Shown: in pieces, positions 50,099 to 59,950 of the stretch
Layout: each line of letters begins with the position of its first letter
Numbering within the stretch: position 1 is the stretch's first letter
DNA from: Gammaproteobacteria bacterium
Lineage (GTDB): Bacteria > Pseudomonadota > Gammaproteobacteria > Ga0077536
DNA: 64,000 nt
Reading direction: 5' to 3'
NCBI GenBank assembly: GCA_963662545.2
Contig: CAXXLL010000003.1
Location: 224,001 to 288,000, forward strand
Program-made: the position numbers and the translations under genes
The notes under the pieces: generated by a model
The model's database searches: none
What the model was told of the DNA's origin: nothing
The model's input: the letters and a program-made list of their open reading frames with translations, nothing else

Positions 50099-51484
50099 GA
50101 GTTATTGTCAAAAGTGGTGTTCAGGCGGTTGAATCAAGCGGCGACCTGATTGACCCTTGTCACCTCGATACCATCTTCAAATTTAACTCCAGTAATCACC
50201 TTGGCCAGGTAGTCGAATCCACGTAGGCGTCGCCAATTCTTCTGCGCACACCGCCCCAGCTTGAACATCATATGGAGCATGCCGTCCCGAGAGAGACCGC
50301 CCTTGGAGCGCCGGGTCCGGTGCCGGATCGTAGCGAAGGTGGATTCAATCGGATTGCTCGTGCGAATGCTTTGCCAATGTGGTGCCGGAAAATCATAGAA
50401 CGCCAGCAACTCCTCACGGTCTTTCTGTAGGCACAGGGTCGCCTTGGGATACTTCGGTTCATAGGTCTTGAGGAACAGCTCGAACGCCTTCTCGGCGTCG
50501 GCCTTTGTCGCGGCCTGCCAGATCGCGTGCAGGGCTTGCTTGGCTTTGGCCTGTGCCGACTTCGGTAGGCAGTTCAGCACGTTCATCGTCTTGTGCATCC
50601 AGCAGCGTTGCTGGCGGGTCTCACCGTAGACTTCCTCCAGTGCGGCCCAGAAGCCCATGGCACCGTCCCCGATCGCCAGCTTGGGAATATTCATCCCGCG
50701 TGACTTCAATTTCAGCAACACCTCGCGCCAGCTCTGCGTGGACTCCCGCACACCATCCTCCATCGCCAAAAAACGCTTCTCGCCTCGCTCATTGACGCCG
50801 ATCACCACCAACGCACACAGCTTCGTGTGCTCCGCCCGCAGGCCACTGTAGACACCGTCCGCCCACACCTACACCCAGCGGTCTTGGTCCAATCGCCCCT
50901 CGCACCAGTCGCGGTATTCTTGCGCCCACACCTGCTTCAAGCGCGACACGGTGCTCGCCGACAGGCCCTTCGCCTGCGGCCCCAACAAAACTTCCAGCGC
51001 AGCGCCCATTTCGCCACTGGAAACGCCCTTCAAATACAGCCACGGCACGGCCGCCTCCAAGGTTCTTGTCTTGCGCACATACGGCGGCACCAGCGCTGAA
51101 CGGAAGGTCACCGGCTCGCCGAGCTTCGAACGAACCTTCGGGATCCTCACCGTCACCGGCCCCAAGCCCGTCTGCAACTGGCGTTCCGGCAAATAGCCGT
51201 TGCGAACCACACCTGCTTTGTCGTCCGCCGTGCGATGTCCTGAATACTGCGCCATATATTCTGCCAGCTCGATTTCAACCGCTCGTTCAATCAGAGCCCG
51301 AGCACCGTTTCTCAAGACCTCCGTCAACGGATCTGGTATTCCTTCTCGACCTGATAATTCAACAACCTTACTCTCTCTCATGGTGGCGTATCCTCTTTGG
51401 TTGGCTTGCTGCTTGGTAACAACATTTCAACCAGATACGCCGCCTTTATTCAATTCGCTCAAACACCAGATTCAGTTATAACTC
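50099..51484 (-). mobile_element. IS256-family element; transposase 50134-51381 with internal TAG at 50869-50871
   Basis: Imperfect IRs GAGTTATTGTCAAAAGTGGTGT / ACACCAGATTCAGTTATAACTC; RNGY, WADGVY, QRCWMHK, RTSNPIES. Confidence 0.93.
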
Positions 51485-51772
51485 GGTCAAGGGGCGAGAG
51501 CGGCTAGCGCATCGGCGGTTCCAGCGGTATCGTTGAAGCGTAACTGGGAGAGATCAAGTGAAATGCTGTTCAGGCACGCTTTTGGCGATTTTCGTCGCGC
51601 TGTCGTCAAATGGTTGCGTCGCGGAAGAGAAAGGACAGACCACCACACCCTTGGGAGCCCCATACGTTCTTGGCGACACATCGTATCCGGCCTATTGGCT
51701 TCGGGTACGTCGTCTACTGGCAGGACTCGCCGACGAAACAGCCCAGCAATATCTGCAGCTAGCGAGAGTGAA

Positions 51773-52342
51773 ATGGAATTTCGGCTGACCTACGCAGGAA
51801 AGTTGCTTTCGCACAAGGGAGGTCGGTCAGGACATGTTCACGACATCCGCCAGAAGTTCCATGAGCAACTCAAAATCCTTTGGCACGAGCATCCGGTTTT
51901 GAAGCGTGGCTATCCCTCAGGGTCAAACATTCCAGATCCCGAAACAATGTGGGGGGAAACCTTCCGCGTGAAAGAATACAACTGGAAGCCAATCGTCGCA
52001 GAAAACAATGGCTTAATTTGCGCACTGAACATTTTGATGCTTCGCAAGGGTCCGCCGGGGAAAGTCCGGACGGACATCGACAACCGTCTCAAGACACTTT
52101 TCGATGCCTTACGCGTTGCGAGTCCTGACCAATTGGGGACGGAATCACCAAAGCCAGGGCAGGATCCGTTTTACGTAGTGTTGCAAGATGACCGTCTCAT
52201 AACCCACGTAGGGGTAACTTCCGATATGTTGCTCGAGCCGGTCGAGGGGGTAGAGCGGGAGGACGATGCGGTACGACTTATGATCGATGTCACCGTTCGG
52301 CCCTACAAGGTCACGTGGGAAAATCTGGACTTTGCTGGCTAG
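51773..52342 (+). CDS. RusA-like endonuclease
   Basis: DIDNRLKTLFDAL matches the RusA DxDNxxKxxxDAL motif, followed by LQDDRLI. Confidence 0.65.
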   Translation: MEFRLTYAGKLLSHKGGRSGHVHDIRQKFHEQLKILWHEHPVLKRGYPSGSNIPDPETMWGETFRVKEYNWKPIVAENNGLICALNILMLRKGPPGKVRTDIDNRLKTLFDALRVASPDQLGTESPKPGQDPFYVVLQDDRLITHVGVTSDMLLEPVEGVEREDDAVRLMIDVTVRPYKVTWENLDFAG

Positions 52343-52346
52343 CTAG

Positions 52347-54041
52347 TGTCCGTCCATAAACAGGCATTTTCTTCGATGGGCACGGAGAAATCGAGGTGTT
52401 GAAAGTAGGTTGTTGGAGCGGTAGCGGCGGTTCGGTGGGGGTCGAAGGGCTCTTCGAGCGTAATTGTGAGTACGTTCGCCGGCCGCAGAGCGCTGCAACC
52501 CAAAGTCGCCCGTTCGACGATATCGAGGAGGTCAGTTAGTGCGAGTGAACGTCGCTATTCGAGTTGATAGCGCGCGAGCAGGCTGAGGTTGTAGGCGACC
52601 ACAGAAGACCACACGTAGGCTTCGAAGTGCGGCAGGCTCTTCCAGGTGCAACGTGCCAATCCGTATGCACGCTTCAGGCAGGAGATACCGGCCTCGATGC
52701 CGGCGCGGAAGTTGCGCAAGCGTCGATAGACCCACTGACTCTTGACCATGTCGGCGATCGCGAGCCCGCGCTTCTTGTGGAAGGCAACGTCTTCGATGCC
52801 TTCTGCTTTCGCCGCCCGGAGATTGTCGAGGCTCGCATAGCCGCCATCGGCGGCGACCTGTCGTGGCATCGTCCCGTAGTGTGTTCGATGCCGTTCGAGC
52901 ATCGGCATGAAGCGCTGACTATCGACCGGATTGCCTCGCTCGATGACCACGTCGAGGATGAGGCCACTGCGCCCCGAAGCCAGATTGATTTTGTGTCCGT
53001 ACTGAACGTCGCGCGCACCCTTTATGATGATGTCGGTATGCGGCTCGAACAAGCTCACGCACTTCTCGCTCGCGGGGACCTTCTCACCGCCGAACACCCG
53101 CCGCTCAGTTTGCGAAATCACCTGCAGAACAAGTGTTTCGTAGTGCGCTACCTGCGCTAGCCAGTCCGGCAGTTCAACGCCGGTGACGCCCGGGCTCAGC
53201 AGCTGCTCACGTACCCTCGCTACCGCTTCCAAGGTTGAACGCGTCGCCCCAATCAAATCGCGATACAGACGTTGGCGTTGCTTCGCACCACGCGCATACC
53301 ACAGCGCCCGCGCACGCTTCTTCGCCAATCGAGTGTGGTTCACGAAGCACAACTCCGGCGCGCCAGGCAACTCGCGCGCCTGTGCGAGCAGACGAACCAC
53401 AACACGCACGCCATCCCACAGCAGATGACTGTCGCTCGGCGCGTGGATGGCACTGTCCGTTACCGTGCTATCAATCCGTACACGCTGTGCCGGCTCAATG
53501 CGCGTCTCTTTCGCCGTCGCCAGCAGGGCGCGATGAATAGACTCCCACGTCGATACCTGGATCGCCGAGACCACCCGCTGTAAGGCAGACTTCTTCGGAC
53601 GTTCATTACCCGGCAACCGGGCGAAGGCCTGAAAGCTCGCCGAGTCCTGCAGGTGAAAGGCCAGCTCCTCGTAACTCAATTGCCGGTGCTGCTTGAGCAC
53701 CGCGCAGCGCAGCACCGACTCCGCCGACAGTCCGCGTCGACCGGTGGGCTTCAAACCCCGCCGACACAGATCGTTCATGACCGGCGTGAGGACCTTGGGG
53801 TGAGCATCGAGCCACTCGGACATGCCCTGCAGCTCTCGCCCCAGGTCATGGTCAGCAAACAGCTCGTATATACTCGCTTGGGCCGTGCGTTTCTGACGCA
53901 TTCCCCCTCCTGTGGTGTCGATGATTGTGTGGAAAATCAGAGGTTTGAAGTTCCATTAGATCACGACCCACCGGAGGTTTCGATCCCTTAAGCGACAAAT
54001 TTTCCTTTTTATTTCAACCGCATCGCGTTTAGGGATGCACA
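52347..54041 (-). mobile_element. ISNCY/IS5-like element, transposase 52555-53901
   Basis: IRs TGTCCGTCCATAAAC / GTTTAGGGATGCACA flanked by CTAGCTAG on both sides; RIDST, ADGGY, RAGIEAGIS.LKR. Confidence 0.9.
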
Positions 54042-54360
54042 CTAGCTAGTCTGCTTGGCGCCTCAGCGCAAAGGTAGCCTACCCCCGAATCGGATAAACC
54101 GAGCTACGCTCCTCGACCCCAAGGGCCGCGGCGGCGGTACATCGTCCCGCCGCTGTTGACACGAGACCGGTGGGAACGAAAATGAGACAGACATCCTCCG
54201 TTATAAAAACCTCTCAGAGTGTCCAATGGACGCTGGCGTCGGACAGGCCGAGGCAACAGGGCCGCTTCACCACGGGTGAACTTCACCGTCCGAGTCGATG
54301 CAGCGTGAACGGCAAACGCGGACGCCAGTCGTGTGCGTGCACCAATGGCAATCGGGTGCC

Positions 54361-55371
54361 TCAGCCTTGCGTCGAATCTTCCAGTTCTTTTTCCAAGAAG
54401 GTGGCTGGAGCCCATCCCGACAAACATGGGGTATACAACTTGTCTAGTCCGAGTGCGTCGCGAATTCGCTTGGGGGTACCTTGTGTAGGCAACCGGTCTG
54501 CCTCGTAATTGGGGCCCCATTTGGGCATACCCACAGTCGGCCAATGGTCACCGTCTCGCTTCATGAGCCATAGCCACCAAAGCTCGGTCTCGGTGTCCAT
54601 CAGGTAAATCTCGTCCGGCACATCCTCGCGGCCCGCCAACAACATGGGCAGCTGTCTACCAATGTGTTCGAAGTTCGTGTGGCCGAGGCCACGGCTCTCG
54701 AGCACCAGTACGGTCCTCGCCCCCTCTGCCCTGCAACGGTCCAGCTTGGGACATTTTTCGGAAAACGCGCGCCTGAGCCTTTCCGCTCGAAGAGGCTCCA
54801 GATCGTCGGGGTAGTTGAACCTGAATCGAAGATCGCCCGGTTTTCGTCGTATCAGGATCGCATTCGGCCAGCGGAGCAGTGCGAATGTACAATCGAACCC
54901 ATCGGGAGTTCCCTGGATACAGTCGTCGGAGAAGCGAGGATTGTGCGCCAGCAAAAACCGACCCAGGGTCCTCTCACGCAAGCATCGCTCGGTCGCGCGA
55001 ACCCATTCGACGAGATTATTCAGGGCTCGGTTGCGCGTAGCCTTCCCGTTAGGCAGAGAGACGTCGCTCTCAAGTTGCAACTCGTAGTACGCTGAGCTTG
55101 GAAATGGATTCGGGATATCGCTCTTCACGTAGCGACTGATTTTCCTGAACGCGACGAGCGCCTTGATTTCGTTCTCGAACGGCTCGATCCGCGTGTGCTC
55201 GATGGCATAGTCCTGCGTGCCCAGCTTCAGGCGACAATCCACGGGTGGACCGTCGCCGTCCCTTTCAGGATGGCGGAGGTCCCTACGTGTGGCGCCCGTC
55301 CATTTCTCAAGGGACTTGACGACGGCGTCGCAGGCCTTGCCTTCGTTGTCCGGGATCAGCATGAGCATCAA
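54361..55371 (-). CDS. Hypothetical protein with PD-(D/E)xK-like nuclease N-terminus
   Basis: E...PPVDC....AIEHT pattern. Confidence 0.5.
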   Translation of the reverse strand: MMLMLIPDNEGKACDAVVKSLEKWTGATRRDLRHPERDGDGPPVDCRLKLGTQDYAIEHTRIEPFENEIKALVAFRKISRYVKSDIPNPFPSSAYYELQLESDVSLPNGKATRNRALNNLVEWVRATERCLRERTLGRFLLAHNPRFSDDCIQGTPDGFDCTFALLRWPNAILIRRKPGDLRFRFNYPDDLEPLRAERLRRAFSEKCPKLDRCRAEGARTVLVLESRGLGHTNFEHIGRQLPMLLAGREDVPDEIYLMDTETELWWLWLMKRDGDHWPTVGMPKWGPNYEADRLPTQGTPKRIRDALGLDKLYTPCLSGWAPATFLEKELEDSTQG

Positions 55372-55812
55372 GCTCCTTGTCGTTTATTGCTTGGGTGCAT
55401 CGAAACAGATCCAAATCTCACCATCCAAAGCCGCTGCTTGAACTGTCAAAAGCAAGCGACTTGACATTAACCAAAGTTCGCCAGATCGTCCATTGAACCA
55501 GCAAGTCAACTGGCCCAAATAGCTTGATGACGGTCGGTATGGACTTCTAGTCAGGTGTAACGCGAACCACCGTCGATAATAATAGCCCCCAGGTGATCAG
55601 CGCGTTTGCTTTCTCCGAGATGCCGGCGTTCTCGCGATCGTCGATGACGGCCCTAGGATGGGACAGCCCCCGCCAGACCTTTAAGCAAGCCGTGAACTCG
55701 ACCACCGCCCTCGCCGATGGTGACCCGGAATAGCACGCGCTCGGCTGGTCCCAGAGCACACCGTCTCCGTTGCCATAGCGCAAAAGGGATAGGCGGGATG
55801 GCCCCACGTGAC

Positions 55813-56340
55813 TGGAGTTGCCCCGTTTCCGTGGACGGTATAGCGCTTGGGTTTCAAGCAGCCTGTTGATAATTATTTTCATAGTTTAGCGGTGATTGCT
55901 GACCGAGGGATGAGTGACGACGGTGCGGGTTGTACCAGCCTTCGATGAACTCGAAGATCGCCATCTTCGCTTCGGCCTGCGTCTTGAAACTGTGGCGGTC
56001 GATGAGTTCGCATTCGAGCGTCGCGAAGAAGCTCTCGGCCATCGCGTTATCGTAGCAATCGCCGACCGATCCCATCGACGGTCGCACACCCATTAACTGG
56101 CAGCGCTTGCCGAAGGCGAACGAAGTGTACTGACAGCCCTGGACTGTGATGGATCACATTCTTCGGTCGACGCTGCCATAGCGCCATATTAAGCGCATCG
56201 AGCACGAGCTCAGTGCGCAGATGCGTCGCCATCGACCAACCGGCCACGCGCCGGCTGAAGGCATCCACGCCACCGCAAAATAGACGAATTCCGCCCAAAT
56301 CAGCACCTAGGTGGCGTCGGCGACCCGCAGCTGATCCGGA
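55813..56340 (-). mobile_element. Degenerate IS3-family right-end remnant
   Basis: GDCYDNAMAESFFATLECE...YNPHRRHSSLG; terminus TGGAGTTGCCCCG; frameshifted upstream. Confidence 0.85.
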
Positions 56341-56669
56341 CATGGCGACACGAACCGACGCTCGACGGAATTCGGTGCCGGTCGGCCGGCACGACTGGCT
56401 AGCGCTCGGGGACATCGAGAACACAAGGGTCAGTGTCGACGTCGCTTCGGCATGATGGCCGGACACACCTATATCTGGTAGGACGAGGCTTTTGAGCGGC
56501 CAAGGTTCCACGCCGAACAAAAGGTAGCACCGTTCATCATAAGTGCGGATTGTCTCCAGAATGCTTTCAACGTCCCACTCGTTCTCGATCACATGGTGGT
56601 AATGAATGTGGGATCGAAAAGGGGTTTCTCAATTAAATACGATAAAAATTAATCATTTATGGATACTTA

Positions 56670-56747
56670 TTAGCGGACCGGCCTGTCCTGCCACAGAGAG
56701 CGATCGCCCACTGCGGAGAGAACGCGGTTCAGGTCCAGAGCCGCCAT
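56670..56747 (-). pseudogene. rfbG: CDP-glucose 4,6-dehydratase, 5' fragment (MAALDLNRVLSAVGDRSLWQDRPV)
   Basis: ATG overlaps the rfbF end. WQDRPV continues in frame into [10 protein letters not shown] at the left junction once the element is removed. Confidence 0.8.
56675..56688 (+). repeat. Right att core GGACCGGCCTGTCC
   Basis: Direct repeat of 32768-32780. Confidence 0.8.
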
Positions 56748-57499
56748 GGCGGTGCGCCGCTTTCCCACAGCCTCTCCAGTAGGTTCTTGTCCCTGAGGGT
56801 ATCCATGCATTGCCAGAAATGTTCGTGCCGGTAGCCAGCGAGCTCGCCGCGCGCCGCCAACTTCTCCAACAGATCGACTTCCAGCACGTCGGTGTCGCCC
56901 TGGAGGTCGTCGAACACGCCCGGCTCGAGCACCATGAATCCGCCGTTGATCCAGCCTTCGCCAATCTGCGGCTTCTCGGTGAATTCGGAGATCATCGCGT
57001 CCTTGAACACCAGCCCACCGAATCGCGCCGGCGGCCGCACCGCCGTGACCGTGGCCTTCTTGCCCTGCGCAGCGTGAAACTCGACCAGCGTCCGGATATC
57101 GATGTTACTGACACCGTCGCCATAGGTCAGCATGAACCTGCTGTCCCGGAGCAGCGGCTCCAGCCGCTTGAGGCGCCCGCCGGTAAGCGTGTCAATCCCT
57201 GTCTCAATCAAGTGAACGACCCAGTCTTCCTTCTGGTGCGCCACGACGCGAAACTCGCCTTTCCGGAAGTCCAGTGTCACGTCCCCCGAAAGATTGTTGT
57301 AATCGTAGAAGTAACGCTTGACCGCGTGGCCTTTGTAACCCAGCGCAATGACGAACTCCGTGTATCCGAACGAGGCATAGTGCTTCATGATGTGCCACAA
57401 AATCGGGTAACCGCCGATCTCGATCATCGGCTTCGGAAGCACGTCGGTCTCTTCACTCAGGCGCGTCCCATAACCGCCCGCTAGAATTACAACCTTCAC
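56729..57499 (-). CDS. rfbF: Glucose-1-phosphate cytidylyltransferase
   Basis: LAGGYGTRLSEET..PKPM, TGGRLKR, LTYGDG, FWQCMDTLRD, APPW. Confidence 0.95.
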   Translation of the reverse strand: MKVVILAGGYGTRLSEETDVLPKPMIEIGGYPILWHIMKHYASFGYTEFVIALGYKGHAVKRYFYDYNNLSGDVTLDFRKGEFRVVAHQKEDWVVHLIETGIDTLTGGRLKRLEPLLRDSRFMLTYGDGVSNIDIRTLVEFHAAQGKKATVTAVRPPARFGGLVFKDAMISEFTEKPQIGEGWINGGFMVLEPGVFDDLQGDTDVLEVDLLEKLAARGELAGYRHEHFWQCMDTLRDKNLLERLWESGAPPWRLWT

Positions 57500-57687
57500 G
57501 TATTCAATTCCCGTTGAGATCCCGAGGGGTATAGCTTGCCGCCGGACTTGTTGATATCACCTCGCCGCTGCGGAGGCCACCGGACGGCGGCCGCCCTCGG
57601 GCCTGCGTGGCGCAGAAGAAGCGCGTTATTATACACTCGAGCGAGCTCTGTCAGGGCAGTGATACCACTTTCGCGCAACATTACACG

Positions 57688-58221
57688 ATGATCTTTTCGC
57701 CACAGTCTCTCGACGGCGTGTTCCTCATTGAGATCGAGAAACTGGCCGACGACCGCGGATTCTTTGCGCGCACATTCGATTTCGAGGATTTTAAGGCACA
57801 TGGCCTCGAATCCCGTTTTCCACAACTTAGCATCTCCCACAACGCTCGGCGTGGAACGCTCCGTGGATTGCATTTTCAAAGCGCGCCGTGTGAAGAAAAC
57901 AAGATTGTACGCTGCACCCGCGGGGCCATTTTCGACGTCGTGGTGGACCTGCGCGTAGATTCTCCCAGTTGCGGACTGTGGCTCTCATTTGAACTTTCCG
58001 ATGAAAACAGCCGCCAAGTGTATATTCCTAAAGGCTGTGCGCATGGTTTTCAGACTCTGACCGACAACTGCGACGTGCAGTACCAGATTTCAGCGCCCTA
58101 CAGCCCCGAACACGCAGACGGTATCCGATGGGACGATGCCGTCATCGGCATCGACTGGCCTCCGGCAAAGCACCGCATCATCTCGGCGCGCGATCTCGCT
58201 CTGCCTGCTTTCCGCGGCTGA
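57688..58221 (+). CDS. rfbC: NDP-4-keto-6-deoxyglucose 3,5-epimerase
   Basis: DDRGFFAR, GTLRGLHFQ, DVVVDLR, AHGFQTL. Confidence 0.93.
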   Translation: MIFSPQSLDGVFLIEIEKLADDRGFFARTFDFEDFKAHGLESRFPQLSISHNARRGTLRGLHFQSAPCEENKIVRCTRGAIFDVVVDLRVDSPSCGLWLSFELSDENSRQVYIPKGCAHGFQTLTDNCDVQYQISAPYSPEHADGIRWDDAVIGIDWPPAKHRIISARDLALPAFRG

Positions 58222-58260
58222 CGGCGGATTCGGAAACGCCAACGTAGGTCGCCCGGTTTC

Positions 58261-58529
58261 GTGTTGACACTCATCGTTCCGACCTCCAACTGTCCGCTCC
58301 TGCTGCAGCGCCTATTGCGTTACATCGAAAAGGCGCGCGTCATTTCCCGTTCTCCTTTTTCAATCCGCGTGTGCGCGCGGATACACCAACCTCGGCTCTG
58401 CAGCGGCGGCAGCAACGCTACGAGCTGCTTCTCGGTGCCGCCGATTTCCGGCGAGCCGATGATGAAAACCGCATGCCAGCGGTGATGCAAACCCACACGC
58501 CACACACTTCGGCGCCGCACGCCCTTCAT
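58261..58529. pseudogene. Two convergent glycosyltransferase 5' remnants (GT2 on +, GT4 on -)
   Basis: Plus strand LTLIVPTSNCPLLLQRLLRY; minus strand FIIGSPEIGGTEKQLVAL. Both end within about 100-200 bp. Confidence 0.55.
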
Positions 58530-59638
58530 GCCGCATATATCGCAGCCAGGGTCGCCTCGATGATTTCGTCCTGCTGCGCGGCCTCGAGAAAGGGGTGCAT
58601 GGGTAAGCTGAACACGCGCTCCGCGGCGCGTTCGGCGACTGGGAAACTGCCTCGACCGACACCGAGATTCATGCTTTCGAATACAGGTTGCAGGTGGAGT
58701 GGTACAGGGTAGTGAACGGCCGTCGGTACGCCCGCAGACTTTAGTTTTTCGACGACCACATCGCGTGCGTCGACCTGTACGGTGTATTGGGCGTAAACAC
58801 TCGTGTTGCGCGGTTCGACATAGGGCGTCGTCAGCTTGTCGCGCGAAGTTTCAAAGCGCTCGGTGTAACGGGCCCCGATCACCGCCCGGGCAGATAATTC
58901 GGCTTCGTAACAGTCGAATTTGGCGAGAAGAATCGCCGCCTGGAGGGTATCCATCCGCCCGTTGAAACCGATCTTAGGGTGGTGATAACGCCGGTCCTGT
59001 CCGTGAACGCGGATCTCGCGCATGCGCTGGGCTAGATCGGCGTCTTGCGTGAAGCACGCGCCGCCATCCCCATAGCAGCCTAGCGGTTTCGATGGATAAA
59101 AGCTGGTACAGCCAATCGTCGATAATCCGCAGGACCGCCGGCCCTTGTAAGTGGCGCCGAAACTCTGCGCCGCATCCTCGATGACGGCCAGTCCGCGTTT
59201 TGATGCAAGCGCGTTGATCTCGTCCATGGCCGCGCATTGCCCGTACAGATTCACCGGCATGATGGCCTTCGTGTTCGGCGTTATCTTTGCCTCCAGCAGG
59301 GACGGATCGATGTTGTAGGTACGCGCATCGATGTCGGCGAACACCGGCGTGGCGCCGATCAAGGCGATCATCTCCGCCGTGGCGATGAACGTAAACGGCG
59401 TCGTGATGACTTCATCCCCCCGCCCGATTCCCAGCGCCATCATCGCGATCATCAGCGCGTCTGTACCGCTCGCCACCGCGATGCCGTGCTCGACGCCGGC
59501 GAAATTTGCAAGCCTTGATTCGAGGTCCGCGATTTCCGGACCCATGATGAAACGGCCGTGCGCGAGTACACCGGCGATGCGCCCGTCGATCGCAGCCTTG
59601 TTTAGAAGGTATTGCTTTTTCAGATCGACGAATTGCAT
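58526..59638 (-). CDS. DegT/DnrJ/EryC1/StrS aminotransferase (WbpE-like)
   Basis: ASGTDAL, EDAAQSFG, SFYPSKPLGCYGDGG (PLP Lys). Confidence 0.95.
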   Translation of the reverse strand: MQFVDLKKQYLLNKAAIDGRIAGVLAHGRFIMGPEIADLESRLANFAGVEHGIAVASGTDALMIAMMALGIGRGDEVITTPFTFIATAEMIALIGATPVFADIDARTYNIDPSLLEAKITPNTKAIMPVNLYGQCAAMDEINALASKRGLAVIEDAAQSFGATYKGRRSCGLSTIGCTSFYPSKPLGCYGDGGACFTQDADLAQRMREIRVHGQDRRYHHPKIGFNGRMDTLQAAILLAKFDCYEAELSARAVIGARYTERFETSRDKLTTPYVEPRNTSVYAQYTVQVDARDVVVEKLKSAGVPTAVHYPVPLHLQPVFESMNLGVGRGSFPVAERAAERVFSLPMHPFLEAAQQDEIIEATLAAIYAA

Positions 59639-59696
59639 AGGTGCTGCGAATCAATCACTTTCAGAAAGGCGGCAGAAACCGTCTTTGAGTACATAA

Positions 59697-59858
59697 GGAA
59701 CCTCTGAATAAGTCATGGTGCATCTGAATGGTTCATGCAATGGTGCAGGTCAAGGCACGAATCGCCGGCCATAGCGGGGACTATGGGCAAGGTTCGTCGG
59801 TTAAGGCTCCGCGATTTCATGGACAAGGCAGATGGGCCATGACTTTTTCAGAGGTTCC
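59697..59858. mobile_element. 162-bp MITE with IS5-like ends
   Basis: 30-bp terminal IRs (GGAACCTCTGAATAAGTCATGGTGCATCTG, 3 mismatches) and ATAA direct repeats at 59693-59696 and 59859-59862. Confidence 0.82.
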
Positions 59859-59950
59859 ATAAGCCTCACCGGTGTCGGGACAGCGATGAGCCGCCGTTTC
59901 GCGCCAGGACCGCGCGGTTAAATTCGGGTCGATATTGGTCCCTGGAAAGT

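Larger units (their letters stand above)
32768..56688. mobile_element. Integrative element / phage-satellite-like island inserted in rfbG (~23.9 kb)
   Basis: Integrase next to the left junction; direct repeat GGAC(C)GGCCTGTCC at both ends; removing the element rejoins rfbG; AlpA, primase and DUF3631 core. Confidence 0.88.

Noticed and set aside
51533-51772. N-terminal 80 aa of the 269-aa ORF
   Set aside because: Arg/Ser-rich and unlike protein. ATG 51773 (MEFRLTY) is the more plausible start.
56047-56592. 181-aa ORF as a real gene
   Set aside because: It is a chimera of an unidentified fragment and frameshifted IS3 sequence.
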